Assembly: GCF_009914755.1 (NCBI RefSeq)
Contig: NC_060940.1
Direction: 5' to 3' (one strand)
DNA: 64,000 nucleotides
Origin: the human T2T-CHM13v2.0 reference genome, Homo sapiens
Made by a program: the position numbers and the translations under genes. The first letter of the stretch is position 1. Each line of letters opens with the position of its first letter. The notes under the pieces are model-generated. The model had not been told where the DNA came from, searched no databases, and worked only from the letters and a program-made list of their open reading frames with translations. Below, piece by piece: positions 60,694 through 64,000 of the stretch.

Positions 60694-60985
60694 GCTGGGG
60701 GTAGTGTCTCATGCCTGTAATCCCAGCATTTTGGGAGGCCAAGGCCACAGGATAGCTTGAGGCCAGGAGTTAGAGACTAGTCTGGGCAACATAGCAAGAC
60801 CCCATATCTAAAAAAAAAAAAGTTAGCAAGGCATGGTGGCTTGCACCTGTAGTCCCAGCTAGGCTGAGGCAAGAGGATTACTTGAGCCTAGGAGTTTGAG
60901 GCTGCAGTGAGCTATGATGGCGTCACTGTACTCCAGCCTGGAAGACAGAGTGAGACTCTGTCTCTGAAAAAACAAACAAAAAAGA
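60694..60985 (+). mobile_element. AluJ
   Basis: J-type dimer starting immediately after the L1 TSD. Confidence 0.9.
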
Positions 60986-61029
60986 CAACACAAACTTTCA
61001 CTGTTGTTGCTTGGTAGGGTGACCCATTA

Positions 61030-61205
61030 AGCTTTAAGAGAATGAGTGTTGATCTCTATGACCCGGCTTCTGACCCTGCTCTGCCACTCACTCCGGATGA
61101 TGTCGAATCATCGATTTCACCTGGCAAAGTCTCAGTTTTCTTATCTGAAACACAGGGTAGCACCTACCCACTGGGGTTGCTGTGAGTGTTTGTGAGGCAA
61201 TACAC
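61030..61205 (+). mobile_element. MIR fragment
   Basis: CTCTGCCACTCACT...CTCAGTTTTCTTATCTGAAA...GGGTTGCTGTGAG. Confidence 0.6.
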
Positions 61206-61209
61206 AGAT

Positions 61210-61480
61210 CAGCACTATCCAGTTAAACACAATGGGAGCCATATGCATAAGTTTAAATTTTCATTAATTTAATTTCATTTAACTCAATAGATCCATAATA
61301 TCATCAAGTCAACATAATCAATACAAAAATAACTGAGGTATTTTGCGTTCTTTTTTCTTGTACCAAACCTCTAAAATCTGGTGTATTTTGAACTTACAGC
61401 ACATCTCAACTAATGACAGCCATGTCCCTGACTCTCCCCGGACACATATGACCAGTGGTTGCCATGCCAGGTGGACAGGA
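61210..61480. mobile_element. MER33-like hAT-Charlie element
   Basis: TTTAACTCAATA.ATCCA.AATATCATC...AAATCTGGTGTATTTT.ACTTACAGCACATCTCAA. Confidence 0.75.
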
Positions 61481-61614
61481 GGAGGCAGTGCCTGCCTGAA
61501 GGAAGAACTCAGTAACTGGTGCTGCAGGAGCGTTTTGCTTCCTCTCTGTTGTGAATGCCTCGGCTCCAGCTGGCCAAGCAGCCAGCTCACCCCTGATGGA
61601 ATGTCACTCACATG

Positions 61615-62600
61615 TTTCCCATTGTTGTATAACAAGTTACCACGAACATAGTGGCATGGAACAACAACCACTCGTCATCTCACAGTTCTGCAGGTCAGAA
61701 GCCCATGCAGACTCCACTGGGTTCTCTGCCAAGGGCCTCACAAGGCCAACATCAAGGCACTGGATGGGTTGACTCCCATCTGGAGGCTGTGGGGAAGAAT
61801 CTGCTTCCAGGCACACCCAGGTTGATGGCAGAGTTCAGTTCCTTGTGGGTATCAGACTGAGGGTTCCTGTTTCCCTGCTGGATATGTCATCCAGGGGACA
61901 GTCTTTGCTCCTAGAGGCCATGCACCTTCCTTTTCATGCTCCCCATGTGACACCCTCACACTTTGACTCTCTGACTCCCTTCTCTGACAGCAGCCAGAGA
62001 AACCTTATATATTAGTCCATTCTCACACTGCTATAAAGAAATGCCCACGACTGGGTAATTTATAAAGGAAAGAGGTTTAATTGATTCACTGTTCCACATG
62101 GCTGGGGAGGCCTCAGGAAACTTACAATCACGGCAGAAGGTGAAGGGGAAGCAAGCACGTCTTACATGGCAGCAGGTGATGAAGACTGTGTGAAGGAGGA
62201 ACTGTCGAAGACTCATAAAACCATCAGATTTCATGATAACTCACTCACTGTCATGAGAACAGCATGGGGGAAAACTGCTCCTATGATCCAATCACCTCCC
62301 ACCAGCTCCCTTTCTTGACATACGGGGATTATGGGGAATACAATTTGGGTGGGGACACAGAGACAAACAATACCGCCTTCTGCTTTTAATGGCTTATGCA
62401 GTTAGATTAGACTCACCTTGATAATCTGCCTTTGGATTCACTCAAAGTCAACTGATTAGTAACCCTAATTCCATGTGCAAAATCCCTTTTGCCATGTAAC
62501 TTATCATCATCATGGACGTGGTATCACAATACCTTTTTGGTCCTGGGATTGAGGTGGGAAATCCTGGGGCCATTTTAAGGTTCCTTTTACCTTGTTACTA
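61615..62600 (-). mobile_element. MLT1 LTR split by THE1
   Basis: TAACAAGTTACCAC...CTCACAGTTCTGCAGGTCAGAAG...CAAAATCCCTTTTGCCATGTAAC. Confidence 0.75.
62008..62375 (-). mobile_element. THE1 (C/D-like) solo LTR
   Basis: TATTAGTCCATTCTCACACTGCTATAAAG...TTTGGGTGGGGACACAG; TSD CCTTA / CCTTC. Confidence 0.92.
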
Positions 62601-63639
62601 CACTCAGGGGTGATAGAAGCCCACAGTTCAGTCAATATCAGATTCTCCTGCCACTCACTCTGGATGCCACAGTGAGGTTCATGGGGTAGTTGGAGGCCAT
62701 GGCTCTGTGGAGGTGGGGGAAGGGAAAGTGCTGAAGTCTGGGGAGGCATCTATAGACAGATCCCCCAACTCAGTGGGATCTAGTGCAGATTCTGGTGACT
62801 ACACTTGGGAGTAGTTCCTTTTTCTCTTCTGAGGGTTTGACCAAGGCCAGCTGGTAATCTGTTCACTCACTAAGTATGTAGATCAGAGAAAGTGATGAGT
62901 CAATGCTAACACCTCTGGTTCTTTTTGAGTTTCTGAGGTTGAATGCAGTGACAATTTTGTGGCAAGATGATCTTAAATGTTTTGGAAGCAAAAGCATTTT
63001 TTGTTGAAAGAAGGCTGGTTGTCACTATGTATATATATTTGGTGATGAGGATGGGACCCCGTAGGGGTAGGAGAGCACCAACCTGGAGCAGGTGGTGCAG
63101 GCCCCCTCCAGGCCCATCTGGAATTTGAGCAGATCCTGTGTTAAAGGACCACCTAGGCCCCTTGAGGAGTCTGGCACCATTGTGCCCATCCCCTGAAATG
63201 AGCATGGTGTGGTGTTGTTACTCCTTTTACAGAAACTTAAGTAGAAGACGCTTAAGAGCCAAGTTTTGTATTCCTTCCTATTAAAAATCATTGGTTGAGG
63301 CTTATGTTTCACATTAATTGAAACCCTGTTATTCACATGGCACTGAAGCTGGGAATTGTGTTCTAGTTTGAACTTTCTAGAAAGAAACCTTAGGACACTG
63401 CTGTCTCTGGAGCAGATGCACAAATGACTGAGTGACAGATGGCCACTCCTCAGCCAGTGGCTGTTTGTAAGGAATTCTAGTGCATGGAAAGTGCTAAATT
63501 AGCAGCGCTCTTGGGGGTATCCCCTGTTACCAAACAGAGAAAAACTCCAAGAGAATCTCCACTAAGAGTCACAGAAGTTCCTCCTAGTTCTTCACTGGGG
63601 GCCTAAGGGCTCCACTGAGAAGTGTATTTCAACACGATT

Positions 63640-63905
63640 TGAGGCAGGTGAATCCAGGAGTTCGAGACCAGCCTGGGCACCATGGTGAAAACCCCATCCC
63701 TACAAAAAAGTACCAAAATTAGCCCAGCATGGTGGCACATGCCTGTAATCCCAGCTACTCCAGAGGCTGAGGTGGGAGGATCAGTTGAGCCCAGGAGGTG
63801 AGGTCTGCAGTGAGCCGAGATCACGACATTGCACTCCAGCCTGGGTAACAAAGAGTGACATCCCGTCTCAAAAAAAAAACCCAAAAAACAAAAAACCAAC
63901 CATAA
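63640..63905 (+). mobile_element. Alu (J-like), 5'-truncated
   Basis: Starts within the left arm; complete right arm and A-rich tail. Confidence 0.88.
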
Positions 63906-64000
63906 AAGAACCCCCTTCCCCACCCAAATTCCCATTATCCTTGACAAGGGTCCATCAGGCCTCAGCAGTTTGCCAAAGGAGTCTGTATTAGTTGCCTTGT

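Overview
This is primate genomic DNA, probably human or great ape: it carries AluJ/S/Y, L1PA, THE1, MLT1, MIR, L2 and MER/Tigger elements. It is non-coding, either intergenic or deep intronic. I find no supportable host protein-coding exon, RNA gene or CRISPR array, and I could not name the locus. The long ORFs in the track come from simple repeats, Alus or decayed L1 ORF2. Main contents: two 5'-inverted (twin-primed) L1PA insertions (window start and 56.8-60.7 kb), about 20 Alus, several solo MaLR/ERV LTRs, DNA-transposon fossils, and long simple repeats (600 bp CAT/CAC, a 16-bp VNTR, a 1.2 kb almost pure purine tract, CCTT and TTTC tracts). There is also a strong CTCF motif at 3.04 kb and motif-dense unique islands at about 7.0, 27.3-28.0 and 34.8 kb that may be regulatory. 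I do not see a new biological system. The most notable pattern is three independent sites where a second retrotransposon inserted into the target-site duplication (TSD) of an earlier one, leaving three copies of one target site. Other items of interest are a trimeric Alu inside a single TSD pair, a templated inverted micro-insertion in an MLT1 LTR, a T-box/E-box-like VNTR, and an ancient L1 fragment strongly shifted towards GC. Repeat subfamily names and most repeat boundaries were judged by eye from remembered consensus sequences and need RepeatMasker/Dfam confirmation.
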